NCBI GenBank assembly: GCA_035416745.1
Contig: DAOLNV010000004.1
Span: 2,138 to 66,137, forward strand
Source: Candidatus Hydrogenedentota bacterium
GTDB taxonomy: Bacteria > Hydrogenedentota > Hydrogenedentia > Hydrogenedentales > SLHB01
DNA length: 64,000 nt
Direction: 5' to 3'
The stretch's first letter is position 1. Each line of letters opens with the position of its first letter. Both the position numbers and the translations under genes were made by a program. This document shows positions 10,301 through 19,544 of the stretch, piece after piece. A model generated the notes under the pieces. The model made no database searches. It was not told the DNA's origin and saw only the letters and a list, made by a program, of their open reading frames with translations.

Positions 10301-10800
10301 AGCTGCCCCAGGGAGAGGCGGGGCTCCTTCATGTAAAGGGTCCGAACATCATGACGGGTTACATCGGGATGCCCGAAAAGACCGCCGAAGTCCTGCATGA
10401 CGGCTGGTACAACACGGGTGATGTGGCGTTTCTCGATGAAGATGGTTTTATCACTATTACGGACCGCCTCGCGCGTTTCAGCAAGATCGCCGGCGAGATG
10501 GTGCCGCACACCAAGGTCGAAGACGAACTGCACCGGCTCCTTGGGCTGAGCGAACAGGCCATGGCCGTGACCGGCGTGCCGGATTCCGGTAAGGGCGAGC
10601 GCCTTGTGGTGCTGCATACGTTGAGCAACGGCGACGTCGAGCGGCTCGTCGCCAAGATGGACCAGTCCACCCTCCCGAAACTCTGGCTCCCGAAATACAA
10701 CTCGTTCTACTACATTCCCGAGATACCGATACTCGGCACGGGGAAGATGGACATCAAGCGAGTCAAGAAGCTCGCGAGGGAGCTGGACGTCGGCGGTTGA
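7339..10800 (+). CDS. Triple-fusion lysophospholipid transporter (LplT-like MFS) + PlsC-type acyltransferase + acyl-ACP synthetase (Aas-like)
   Basis: The first ~400 aa have about 12 hydrophobic helices (MFS). The middle has the acyltransferase HXXXXD motif (ANHTSFVDAL) and FAEGQITRTG. The C-terminus has AMP-binding motifs (IFSSGSEGEPKGVMLTH, GYGTTEC, TGD, GKMD). ATG at 7339 follows GAAGGAG; GTG at 7336 is an alternative start. Confidence 0.85.
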   Translation: MAIAAPAHPVAEERYDAKGFWALIAVMFQGAFNDNAYKFVLIYYLCDRYADPAAGRPATWVTTVLTAMGLLMFALPYLMFPGLAGALADRFSKRTVTIATKWWEVGVMVVGLIAFWTDSVAFMAVMFYMMNMQSAFFSPAKYGILPEMLPESRLSWGNGILQMGTFVAIILGVGIVGPLMDLGLGVYWLSVFLIGMSTLGLLASYHVTRVPVACPAQRIPLNPWSGLGKYFKCFWADHVLFLTMVGGGFFWFIGGLMQSNVVVLGESVLGWSHQYAGYLQLSIALGIGFGSVAAGYFSRRKIEFGLVPLGLTGMTVSAALLYFPWTSFPVLTVLLFALGWSGGFFQVPLAAGLQHRSPREMKGGIIAAFNIVTCIGISIAGLVLLIQPIFMPSGKNVNPYNIFIAGAAMTFLMGLYLCFRLPAFILRTALWLMGNTIYRVDTRGQKQIPLNGGALIVANHTSFVDALILTASIDRPVRFLISQEIYKVPWIRPFAKIMRSIPVSPMAQPKDLIRSLHEAAAAINNGELVCVFAEGQITRTGNLLPFRKGFERIMKGMNAPIIPAHLDRLWGSIFSYSKGRFFLKLPKHIPYRVMVTYGEHMSAESTAVQVRERIQRLGTEAYLDRKLHEPLLHRGFVRMARKRPLHMAMADHSMDTLPYWKALVAAVTLARKLRELTGEQPMVGVLLPPTVGAALTNIALTLMGKTVVNLNYTASDDALDSAARRCNLTHVITAHAFLSKVSCKVPGKAVYLEDVRKSMNGKDQLVAMIMAALFPLRALERRLGGARRRSPDDLATVIFSSGSEGEPKGVMLTHFNIVSNIEAALQVFPHERGDGIMGMLPFFHSFGYMATLWLPLAQGFRVVFHPNPLEAKVIGQQIYKHKLDFLVAAPTFLQAFVRRCLPEELGCLRYVITGAEKLPARVREAFESKFGITPLEGYGTTECGPGVSFNVVDFRAPGFFQVGTKHGTVGHPLPGVSVKIIDPDTGEELPQGEAGLLHVKGPNIMTGYIGMPEKTAEVLHDGWYNTGDVAFLDEDGFITITDRLARFSKIAGEMVPHTKVEDELHRLLGLSEQAMAVTGVPDSGKGERLVVLHTLSNGDVERLVAKMDQSTLPKLWLPKYNSFYYIPEIPILGTGKMDIKRVKKLARELDVGG

Positions 10801-10804
10801 GACC

Positions 10805-11764
10805 GTGCCGGGGGGGTCTCCCAAAGAGCCGCGTATGCGACGGAAATGGGGCCGTATGGCAGGCATTGTTTTCGGAGCAGGGGCCATCCTGCTGATTTAC
10901 AACGGCGTAGCGTTCAACCTGGCGCTTCACGGCGAGGACGGTAAGCCGCGCCACCCGGAGACAGGCATCCTTATCGGCGCGGAACCCCGCGAGCTCGGAC
11001 CAGAAAACAGCCCGTGCGCCGCGCTGTTTATTCACGGATTCGGCGGCGCGGGCGCCGATTTCGCCGAGCTCCCCGAACGCCTGGCCGACTCGGGATGGCG
11101 CGTACGGGTCATGCTGCTGCCCGGTCATGGCGCCCACCCGCGCGAAATGGCCAGGCAGACGCCCGATTCCCTGGTCGGCGCAGTCCGTGCGGAGATAACG
11201 GCCCTGCGTAAGCGCCACGAAAAGGTGATTCTCATCAGCCATTCAATGGGGGGCGCACTGAGCACGATTGCCGCCTCGCAAATGCCCGTGGACGGATTGG
11301 TCCTTGGCGCGCCATACTACGGCGTGACGTATAAGTGGTACTACGTACTGCCGCCCGAGGTCTGGGGACAAATCACCGCGCCCTTCGTTCGCTGGGTGTA
11401 CAAGGGCAGGCTGTTCATGCAGGTCAACCGCGAAGAAGCCAAGGAACACATCCTCTGCTACGCCTGGCTCCCGTCATCGGCTATCCGCACCCTGACGAAA
11501 CTGGGCAAACGGGCGCGCGCGCCGGAAACGCTGAAAAACGTGACGTGCCCCGTCTTGCTCCTCCATGGCCGGGACGATGTCGCATCGTCTCCCAAAGCCG
11601 CCGGGAAAGCCCTCGAGGCCATGGCATCCCAAGACAAACGCCTCGTCTGGCTGGAACGCTCCAACCACCACATATACTGGGACTACGATCAGGACCGGGT
11701 CTTCGACGAAACCCTCGCCTTCACCGCAAAGATTTGCGGCGCCGCCGCGGCGCAAAACACGTGA
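10805..11764 (+). CDS. Alpha/beta hydrolase (esterase / lysophospholipase-like)
   Basis: HGFGG oxyanion motif, nucleophile elbow SHSMGG, LHGRDD and C-terminal His region (SNHH). Start is uncertain (GTG 10805, ATG 10835 or ATG 10856). Lies 4 nt after the Aas-fusion stop. Confidence 0.7.
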   Translation: MPGGSPKEPRMRRKWGRMAGIVFGAGAILLIYNGVAFNLALHGEDGKPRHPETGILIGAEPRELGPENSPCAALFIHGFGGAGADFAELPERLADSGWRVRVMLLPGHGAHPREMARQTPDSLVGAVRAEITALRKRHEKVILISHSMGGALSTIAASQMPVDGLVLGAPYYGVTYKWYYVLPPEVWGQITAPFVRWVYKGRLFMQVNREEAKEHILCYAWLPSSAIRTLTKLGKRARAPETLKNVTCPVLLLHGRDDVASSPKAAGKALEAMASQDKRLVWLERSNHHIYWDYDQDRVFDETLAFTAKICGAAAAQNT

Positions 11765-12026
11765 CCCAATCGCAGCTGCGCGGCCCGACAGCGCCGGGCG
11801 CCAACCACGAACCGAATACTCGCGGCGCCACCGCGGGCATCCCGCCCCTCAGGTGTTTCCCGTTTCCGCTCAGTACGGCCCCGGCGATTTGGAGCCTCGC
11901 CGCTCCATGGCAAAGCCCGCGGCAGTCTGTTAAGATGAATCGTAATACGCCAAACAGGCCTGAGGGAGCGATATACCTGCGGCGCCGGTACGCCGGCATG
12001 CCAAAGAGGAAGGGAAGGCACGTCCT

Positions 12027-13043
12027 ATGGGCAAGTTCATTCATTCACGCGTTGCGATAGTGGCGATAGTGTTTTGCCTCTGCGCCGGTTTTGCCGCGCA
12101 GGCGGCCGTGTCCCTCGAGGAGTGTTACCCGGCACAAGCCGACCCCTTTGTGGGCAACTGGAAAGGCCGCTGGTCTGCCGGAGAGGAGGTTGACCCGGAC
12201 ATCGCGGCGCAGGTTTTCGCCCTCGGCGGCGATAAGTACCAGGTCCGCCTCGTATCCAAACTGTTCATGCGGTGTCCGCCGATCGCCGTATTCGAGGCGG
12301 CGCGCTCCGGCGACAAGATCGCCTTCGACAACGCGAGCATCCAGGGAGAAATCACCCCGGATAGTTTTACTGGCTCACGGGGGCGCGGCAAGGTCACCTT
12401 CGAAATGAAAAAGGTACTGCATCAGCCTCCCACGCTCGGCATGGCCCCTCCGGAAAACGCTGTCGTTTTGTTCGACGGCACGAATCTCGAACAATGGCAG
12501 GAGCCCAAGGGCTGGGAACTGCTCGAGGGCGGGGTCATGATGGTCACTCCCAAGGGCGAGACGCTGACCTCGAAGCAGACGTTCAAAAGTGTGCAGCTTC
12601 ACGTTGAGTTCCGCCTGCCCTCGATGCCGGAAGCCCGCGGGCAAGGCCGCGGCAACAGCGGGGTGTTTGTGCAGGGTGTGTATGAGGTCCAGGTGCTCGA
12701 CAGCTTCGGTCTTGAAGGGTATTACGACGAGTGCGGCGCGCTCTACAAAGTGTCCGCGCCGCGGGTGAATGCCTGCCTGCCCCCTCTCGAGTGGCAGACC
12801 TACGACATCACGTATATTGCCCCCAAATACAAGGAGAACGGCGAATTGGCCGCTTACCCGCGCATGACCGTCCTCCACAATGGCTTCCTTATCCAGGACG
12901 AGCAGGAAATGCCCCAGATAACAGCTTGGAAAGAAGTCGAACGCCTCGCGCCGCCGCCGCGTGACGCCGGGCCCATCATGATTCAGGCCCACGGCAACTA
13001 CGTCCAGTTCCGCAACGTGTTTCTGGTCGTGTTGCCCGAATAG
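12027..13043 (+). CDS. Secreted DUF1080 (3-keto-disaccharide hydrolase-like, concanavalin fold) protein
   Basis: Signal peptide MGKFIHSRVAIVAIVFCLCAGFAAQA. DUF1080 hallmarks: NSGVFVQGVYEVQVLDS and C-terminal PIMIQAHGNYVQFRNVFL. Confidence 0.7.
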   Translation: MGKFIHSRVAIVAIVFCLCAGFAAQAAVSLEECYPAQADPFVGNWKGRWSAGEEVDPDIAAQVFALGGDKYQVRLVSKLFMRCPPIAVFEAARSGDKIAFDNASIQGEITPDSFTGSRGRGKVTFEMKKVLHQPPTLGMAPPENAVVLFDGTNLEQWQEPKGWELLEGGVMMVTPKGETLTSKQTFKSVQLHVEFRLPSMPEARGQGRGNSGVFVQGVYEVQVLDSFGLEGYYDECGALYKVSAPRVNACLPPLEWQTYDITYIAPKYKENGELAAYPRMTVLHNGFLIQDEQEMPQITAWKEVERLAPPPRDAGPIMIQAHGNYVQFRNVFLVVLPE

Positions 13044-13084
13044 GTCCCGCCGGAGCGGGGGCGAGACGGGAGTACATCGCACCG

Positions 13085-13957
13085 ATGTTTAAGCTGGCCG
13101 CATTCACCGACGAGATCAGCCAGGATTTAGCGCATGCCTGTAGAGTAGTGCGTCAATTTGGCGGCACGGGCGTCGAAATCCGGAGCGTATGGAATATCCC
13201 GGTTCAGAAACTGACCGATGCCCAGGTGGCCGAGCTCAAGCAGGTCGTCGCCGCGCACGGCCTCGAGGTCTGCAGCATCGCGTCGCCCTTCGGCAAGTGC
13301 ACGCTCGAAAACCCTGGCGAAGTCGCGCAGCACTTCGATATCTTGCGCCGGTGCGCGGACATTGCTAATGCCCTGGAGTGCGCACTGGTTCGCGGATTCG
13401 CCTTCTGGGACCGTGACCAGATCCCCCAGAAACCGTGGGATGCCATGGTGAAAGCGTACGAGCCCGTGCCGGCGGTCCTGGAAGAAAAGGGCGTGGTCCT
13501 CGGGCTGGAAAACGAAGCAGCCTGTTACGTGGGCACGGCCGCCCACACGCGCACGTTTCTCGACCGCCTCGGCTGCAGCCGGATCAAAGCCATATGGGAT
13601 CCCGCCAACCACGTGCAAGACCCGCAATCAGAAGGCGTGCCAAGCTACCCGGATGGATATGCGCTCGTTCGCAAGGACATGGTCCACGTGCATGTCAAGG
13701 ATGCTATCATCGAAACGGATGGGAGCCGTCCCAACGTGTTTCTGGGCGAAGGGCTCTGCCAATGGCCGGAACAACTGAACGCGTTCAGGAAAGACGGCTA
13801 CGACGGCTATATTTCCCTCGAAACTCACGTCGATCCCGACCGGTTTCCCCTGCATCTCGCGGGGCGCTACGGAAGTTACCTGTACGGCGGCGATCGCGGG
13901 GCCGCCAGCACCGTTTGCCTGGCATGGCTGCGCGACACAATAGGCATGATGGCCTGA
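13085..13957 (+). CDS. Sugar phosphate isomerase/epimerase (xylose isomerase-like TIM barrel)
   Basis: Pattern typical of AP endonuclease 2 / xylose isomerase-like TIM barrels (VLGLENE, HVHVKD, YISLE). Confidence 0.7.
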   Translation: MFKLAAFTDEISQDLAHACRVVRQFGGTGVEIRSVWNIPVQKLTDAQVAELKQVVAAHGLEVCSIASPFGKCTLENPGEVAQHFDILRRCADIANALECALVRGFAFWDRDQIPQKPWDAMVKAYEPVPAVLEEKGVVLGLENEAACYVGTAAHTRTFLDRLGCSRIKAIWDPANHVQDPQSEGVPSYPDGYALVRKDMVHVHVKDAIIETDGSRPNVFLGEGLCQWPEQLNAFRKDGYDGYISLETHVDPDRFPLHLAGRYGSYLYGGDRGAASTVCLAWLRDTIGMMA

Positions 13958-13967
13958 ATGAGGTCCT

Positions 13968-15158
13968 ATGGACGCGGAAAAACTCGAACAGTTATCGGCG
14001 TTCTACAAGCGCCACCTGCTGGAAAACGTGTTGCCATGGTGGGAGACCCGCTTCGTCGACAAAGAACACGGCGGATTCCTGGTCTATCGTGATGCCGATG
14101 GCGCCCTGCTCAGCACCGACAAGCCCATCTGGGTCATGGGCCGCATCACGTGGATGTGGAGCCGTCTCTACAACACCGTCCAGAAAAAACCCGAATGGCT
14201 CGACATCGGCGCCCACGGGGTGGATTTCCTCCTCGAGCATGCCTTTGATACCGACGGGCGCATGTTTTTCAGCGTCACCAAAGAGGGCCTGCCCCTGCGC
14301 AAACGGCGTTACCTCTATTCCGAGACCTTTGGCGCGATCGCGTTGGCGGAATACGCAAGGGCTGTTCAATCGGAGGACATGCTCAAACGCGCCCGCGAGC
14401 TGTACCGCCTCATCCTGATGTACCACCGCACCCCGGGCCTCCTGCCTCCCAAAGTCATCCCGTCGACCCGGCAGATGCGGGGCCACGGCATGAACATGAT
14501 CCTCATTGTCACCTCGCAAATCATGCGCGAGGCCGACCCGCAGTGCCGTGAGCTATACGACGACACCATCTCCCGCTGCATCGACGAGATCTTCACCTTT
14601 CTCGTCAAGCCGGAGAAAAAATGCCTCTTGGAGGCCGTACTGGCCGATGGAAAAATCCTGGATACGCCCGAAGGGCGCACGGTCCTTCCCGGACACGCCA
14701 TCGAGACCGCGTGGTTCATCATGGAAGAGGCCGCCGAGCGCGAGGACCCCGCCCTCATGTCGGAAGCCATCCGTATCCTCCAGTGGTCGCTCGAAAAGGG
14801 CTGGGACCCGGAATACGGCGGCATCCTTTATTACGTGGATTGCGACGGTAAACCCGCGGAACCGTACGAGCATGAACTCAAGTTATGGTGGGTACACAAC
14901 GAGGCGCTTTACGCCACCCTCCTCGCCTATTACCTCACCGGCGAAGACGAATGGCTCGAATGGTTCAAGAAGGTCCATGACTGGAGCTTTACCCACTTCC
15001 CCGACACGCGGCACGGCGAATGGTTCGGCTATCTCCGCCGCGACGGGACCGTCTCGAGCCGCGTCAAGGGCAACATGTGGAAGGGTCCGTTTCACCTGCC
15101 CCGGGCCCTCCTCAACTGCTGGCAGCTCCTCGAGCGCATGAAGGGAAAACACGCATAG
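13968..15158 (+). CDS. N-acylglucosamine 2-epimerase (AGE) family isomerase
   Basis: 396 aa alpha/alpha-toroid-type repeats. Motifs: LPWWETRFVDKEHGGF, WWVHNEALYA, GEWFGYLRRDG, KGPFHLPRAL. Confidence 0.8.
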   Translation: MDAEKLEQLSAFYKRHLLENVLPWWETRFVDKEHGGFLVYRDADGALLSTDKPIWVMGRITWMWSRLYNTVQKKPEWLDIGAHGVDFLLEHAFDTDGRMFFSVTKEGLPLRKRRYLYSETFGAIALAEYARAVQSEDMLKRARELYRLILMYHRTPGLLPPKVIPSTRQMRGHGMNMILIVTSQIMREADPQCRELYDDTISRCIDEIFTFLVKPEKKCLLEAVLADGKILDTPEGRTVLPGHAIETAWFIMEEAAEREDPALMSEAIRILQWSLEKGWDPEYGGILYYVDCDGKPAEPYEHELKLWWVHNEALYATLLAYYLTGEDEWLEWFKKVHDWSFTHFPDTRHGEWFGYLRRDGTVSSRVKGNMWKGPFHLPRALLNCWQLLERMKGKHA

Positions 15159-15177
15159 GCAGTCCCCGGCCGCTGCG

Positions 15178-18100
15178 CTACCCCATGGGTGTGATTTCGA
15201 GTTCCCTGGTTCGGGCGGCGCAGTTAATTGTGAAGACCCCGCCCGCCTGGGCAAGCGCTTCCTGCGTCTCATCCCCCTGTTTGATCAGATACCGTTTCCC
15301 CTCGGCAACGGGGAACGCGCCATCGCGGACGGTGAGCCGGATTTCGCCCTGCGCACGCAGGCCGAGCAAAACGGCTCCCCCATCGTACCGGCGTATAAGC
15401 ACATTGACGGGCGCTTCGGATTCGATGGACATCGGCACGCGCTCGACGATCGCCAGCTCGTTGAACCCCGGCTCGACGCGCGTGCTCACCTTGCCGCCGC
15501 GTACGGTCGAGTACCAGCCGTGTTCCACCTCGATGCCGCGGCCGTCGTAGCGGTATACCCGGTGCAAATCCGATTCGCTGGGCCAGCCATACACGCCCTC
15601 CAGGGTGGTGATGATGCGCTCCTCCCCCTTCACCCAGCCTTCGTGCAATTCCATCGGCGTGATGGGGTACATGTGGACCGTTGCAAGCGGATGGGGCGCC
15701 TCTTTGTCGCCGTAATAAAAATAGAGCCCGCCGTAATGAAGTTTCGAACGGATGTCGTCGTAGATATCTCGCGCCGACCCGTTCTGCAGGCGGATGTGAT
15801 TGCCCAGGGCCGTGGGACCCGGAACCAGATGCAGCCGGACCAACTGGGCGTCGCCGGAGGCCGACTCGATGCAGTACAACACGTTCTCGTTGTGCACGGT
15901 GCGCGTGCCGGGGTAGCTGTTGCAGATGACCACGCCGCCCGCCGCCTCAACCTTGCGCGCCACCCGAACCAAGACCTCCTGCGCGAGCAGATTCACCGAC
16001 GCGTACTGCCGCGTGATGGTCTTGGTCTCGGGCTCGATCTCCGCCGTGTGCCCATCCCAGGTGTTATAGGTGAACCGGCCGCCGTAGCCGTGGGTGAACC
16101 CATCGGCGAACATGCTCGTGCAGCCGATCTTATCGAGCATGATGTCTATCGCATCGAGCATGGCCTTGCCGTACGTGTTCTCCATCGTGGGGTAGAAGAT
16201 GTACCAGCGGTAACCCGCGTCGACGTTCTCTTTGCTGAAGTAATGCGAGTAGTAGTCGGGATTATCGCCGCCGTACATGGTCTGGCTGCCGTTGGCGTCC
16301 ACCACGCGCGAATCGGGAAAAAGTTCCTCCGGTTTGTTGGTGGTATACAGGCTGTGGGCGATATGGAACATGGTCTGGATGCCCGGAAACCGCTCGCGGA
16401 TCTCCGCGAATTGCTTCTTCAGCAAAGCCATCTCCTGGGGATACTCGACGAACTCAAACCCTTCGAGAGAAAGGCCCGGATTGTCCGGCGGATACCCCAG
16501 ACAACCCACGCTGACGTACGCAAGGCCGCGCCGCTCCACGTACTCGCGCGTGGGAGGCTCGCGCCGGTCGATAAACGCGAAACTGCCTTCGATCCGCCGG
16601 TTGACACCCAGATCCCGGCGCACGTCGTTGATGAAATCGTAGTAGTCGCCGGTCGCATTAACGTATACCGCCCACTCCACCGTGTACGAGGCGTTCGCAT
16701 CGAGCGCGAACGCGTGATCGCGGATGCCTGCCATTTCGTCTTCGAAAAACGTGGCGTAGTGTTCCAGATACACGTCATCGAGGGCTACCATCCCGATGCC
16801 CTGGCCATCCACGGACACGAAAATGGAGGGATTGGGCACGGGCGAGCACGAGACGGCCGCGTGGCCGCCAAGCTCGATGTGGTTGCTCACCATGATGCCG
16901 ATAGGCGCGCCGGTGAGGTTGGTGATGGTGTCCTTGATCCACACCCGATTCCCATTGGGCTCTATCGCGCGCTCGACGCGGTAGAATGCGCCCTCCGCGC
17001 GGGCGGCCAGCCCTCCACCTTGATCTACGGCAACGCTCCACGCGGGTTCAGGATTCGGCGCGCTGTCCTCTCCCGCCGAGAACGCGTTGAAGCCGCCGTG
17101 GGGATACGAATACGTGGAGGCCACCCTATACGAATAACCCCCGGCCTCGACTGAGAAGCCTCCGCGCTCGTGCATCGTCACCCCGCATTCAAGCGGCGCC
17201 GGAGGCGCCTCAAGCGTACGGCTCGTTTCCTGGCCCGGCTCCGGGATCTCGAATGCGCCAGGGAACGGAACGGCCACAGCCTTCTCCGCACGCAATTTAC
17301 CTTTTTCCTCTACACGCGCAACGAGGGTATAGCTGCCCCGTTCAGCGGCTTCGAACACCACGTCGCGCTGAACGAGATTGTCCTGGGTCAGCACGAATTC
17401 CTGGCCTTCGACAGGCCCGGCATCGCCCTCACGCTTCAGGGCAAGGGTGGCGCGCAACTCTTTCGGACGCGGGAACAGCCGGCTGCAATCGAGGTCCGCG
17501 TAGATACGTTCTTCGCTGAAGTAGGGATAAGCGGTCACCGCGATCTCGTTGGACGCGCTGGGCCCGCCGTATTGCGCGGCTTCGGCGTTGTAGTGATCGA
17601 GCACTTCGCCGGCTGCCAAGGCGCGGCTGTATACCCGAACGTCGTCCACGAGACCCGGAAAACCCGCGGTGGGCGCATCAGAGCCGGTGTTCGCGCGGAT
17701 GCGGCCGATCTGGAACGTGGTGTCCGGCGGGATCGCATCGAACTCCGACTTGGCCGTGTCGGCAAGAGCCCCGTTGACGTAGAGACTAAGGGCCGCACCG
17801 TCGAAAGTGCCCACGAGGTGGAACCAGGCTCCTGTGGCGACCGGCGCGTGGCACTTGTTCCCGCCGCTTCCCACGTACCAGTAACACGACCCGTCTTTGT
17901 ACCATGTCAGGCCGTAGCTGCCAAAAGACTTGCCTAGAATTCCCGGTTCGGCATCCGGGATGCGTTCGGGATGCACCCACGCTTCGAGGGTGACCGGCCC
18001 CGTGATGTTCAAGGCTTCGGGCGAGCCCATGTCCACGTACTGGTCGCCTCCGCTGAATCGCAAGGCATGTCCGTCGCCCTGAGGCACCCACCTCGCGCCG

Positions 18101-18249
18101 CGCAATTGCCCGTGGTTGGCGTTCCCCGACGAATCCAGCACCAGCAGCCCTGCCGCGTCGTCGCTGTCGAAATTCCAGCGGCCCGCCAGGCCCGCGTCCG
18201 TTGCCCCCGCCACGCATGCCCACACCAGCAAACCCGCCATGCATGTCAT
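15178..18249 (-). CDS. Large secreted LamG/concanavalin-like domain protein with ~750 aa uncharacterised C-terminal region
   Basis: ATG at 18249 is preceded by AGGAGG at 7 nt spacing. Signal peptide MTCMAGLLVWACVAGATDA. The LamG-like block runs from GRWNFDSDD through LRFSGGDQYVDMG, VTLEAWVHP and VDDVRVYSRAL. Confidence 0.6.
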   Translation of the reverse strand: MTCMAGLLVWACVAGATDAGLAGRWNFDSDDAAGLLVLDSSGNANHGQLRGARWVPQGDGHALRFSGGDQYVDMGSPEALNITGPVTLEAWVHPERIPDAEPGILGKSFGSYGLTWYKDGSCYWYVGSGGNKCHAPVATGAWFHLVGTFDGAALSLYVNGALADTAKSEFDAIPPDTTFQIGRIRANTGSDAPTAGFPGLVDDVRVYSRALAAGEVLDHYNAEAAQYGGPSASNEIAVTAYPYFSEERIYADLDCSRLFPRPKELRATLALKREGDAGPVEGQEFVLTQDNLVQRDVVFEAAERGSYTLVARVEEKGKLRAEKAVAVPFPGAFEIPEPGQETSRTLEAPPAPLECGVTMHERGGFSVEAGGYSYRVASTYSYPHGGFNAFSAGEDSAPNPEPAWSVAVDQGGGLAARAEGAFYRVERAIEPNGNRVWIKDTITNLTGAPIGIMVSNHIELGGHAAVSCSPVPNPSIFVSVDGQGIGMVALDDVYLEHYATFFEDEMAGIRDHAFALDANASYTVEWAVYVNATGDYYDFINDVRRDLGVNRRIEGSFAFIDRREPPTREYVERRGLAYVSVGCLGYPPDNPGLSLEGFEFVEYPQEMALLKKQFAEIRERFPGIQTMFHIAHSLYTTNKPEELFPDSRVVDANGSQTMYGGDNPDYYSHYFSKENVDAGYRWYIFYPTMENTYGKAMLDAIDIMLDKIGCTSMFADGFTHGYGGRFTYNTWDGHTAEIEPETKTITRQYASVNLLAQEVLVRVARKVEAAGGVVICNSYPGTRTVHNENVLYCIESASGDAQLVRLHLVPGPTALGNHIRLQNGSARDIYDDIRSKLHYGGLYFYYGDKEAPHPLATVHMYPITPMELHEGWVKGEERIITTLEGVYGWPSESDLHRVYRYDGRGIEVEHGWYSTVRGGKVSTRVEPGFNELAIVERVPMSIESEAPVNVLIRRYDGGAVLLGLRAQGEIRLTVRDGAFPVAEGKRYLIKQGDETQEALAQAGGVFTINCAARTRELEITPMG

Positions 18250-18639
18250 AGCGCCGCCTCCTATCGTAAGAACAGACCCGTGCATTGAGCCTAGCGAACG
18301 GCGCGGCTGCCGTCAATCGCCCCGGCACACGATGAGACGAATGGCACAAATGGGGCCTATGGGCTCTACACATCGTTGAGACTGCGCATGGTCCGGTAAG
18401 CAGCGGGGCTTCTTGCACCCCGGTGGACGGGCACGTCCATGGATCAGTTCGCGGGCCGAAAAGCCTACACTTCCTTCTCCTCTCAAATGTGAGACCAGTA
18501 AGACAGCGCGGGGCTCTGTGATCTGCCTTGAACACCTTCCCCCGGGACCGTACACTTAGCGCTTTGGCAACGATATAGGAGGCGAGAGGCGCTTGTCCCA
18601 AAGGGCCCCGCCCAAACACAGCACGGAGACGTTAGAGCG

Positions 18640-19524
18640 ATGTACCTTTCCATACGCGATATGATGGTGGCGAGAGACGAGTTTCCGAGTCCGCTCGCGG
18701 GGCTGCGGCACTTGGCCGTGGAATTCGTCGAGGTGAAGCTGTCGCAGGAATTCCAGGTCTACGCGATGGATTCGAAGGAGATGCTCACGCTGGCCTCCGA
18801 CGATGACGCGAAGGCCTACAAGAAACATCTGGAAGGCCTGGGTATCACGGCATGCTGTTTCCTGACAGCCAAGGATTTCAGCGCGGGCGATACCGAGTCC
18901 AACATCGCCTGGGTAGCCCGCGCCATCGAGTTGGCGGACATCATGGGCATGGCGGCGGTCCGAATCGACAGCGCCATGTCGAAGGAACGCGAACTGGATT
19001 TCGAGGCGCGAGTGAAGTTGTTCGCCGAAGGTTTGGGCGGAGCGCTCGAGCGCACGGCAGGGTCGAAGGTCGCGCTCGGCATCGAGAACCATGGGTTCCA
19101 GGGCAATAACCTCGCCTTCCAGCTGAATGTCTACCAGACCGTGAGCTCAGACCGCCTGGGCGCTACTATGGACACCGGAAACTTCTACTGGCGCGGGTAT
19201 CCTCTGTCGGAAGTCTACGGGATCCTCCGCATTCTTGCGCCGTACGCAAAACATACGCATCTGAAGAACATCAAATATCCCGCGGACAAACGCGAAGCCA
19301 CTCGCGAAGCGGGCTGGGAATACGGCACATACGCCTGTCCGCTCGACGAGGGCGACATCAATCACGCCAAGGTGCTCCGCTTGCTCGCGGACGCGGGTTA
19401 TGACGGCGACATCTGCATCGAGAATGAGTCGCTCGAACACTACAAGACGCCCGGCGAGCGCATCGAGGTCATCGAGCGCGATGTGGCGCACTGCAGGGCA
19501 ATTATCGAAGATCTTAACCTTTGA
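18640..19524 (+). CDS. Sugar phosphate isomerase/epimerase (xylose isomerase-like TIM barrel)
   Basis: VALGIENH, HTHLKN and ICIENE metal-ligand-type motifs; 294 aa. Confidence 0.65.
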   Translation: MYLSIRDMMVARDEFPSPLAGLRHLAVEFVEVKLSQEFQVYAMDSKEMLTLASDDDAKAYKKHLEGLGITACCFLTAKDFSAGDTESNIAWVARAIELADIMGMAAVRIDSAMSKERELDFEARVKLFAEGLGGALERTAGSKVALGIENHGFQGNNLAFQLNVYQTVSSDRLGATMDTGNFYWRGYPLSEVYGILRILAPYAKHTHLKNIKYPADKREATREAGWEYGTYACPLDEGDINHAKVLRLLADAGYDGDICIENESLEHYKTPGERIEVIERDVAHCRAIIEDLNL

Positions 19525-19544
19525 CCACTGCGCGAGGAGGCTCC

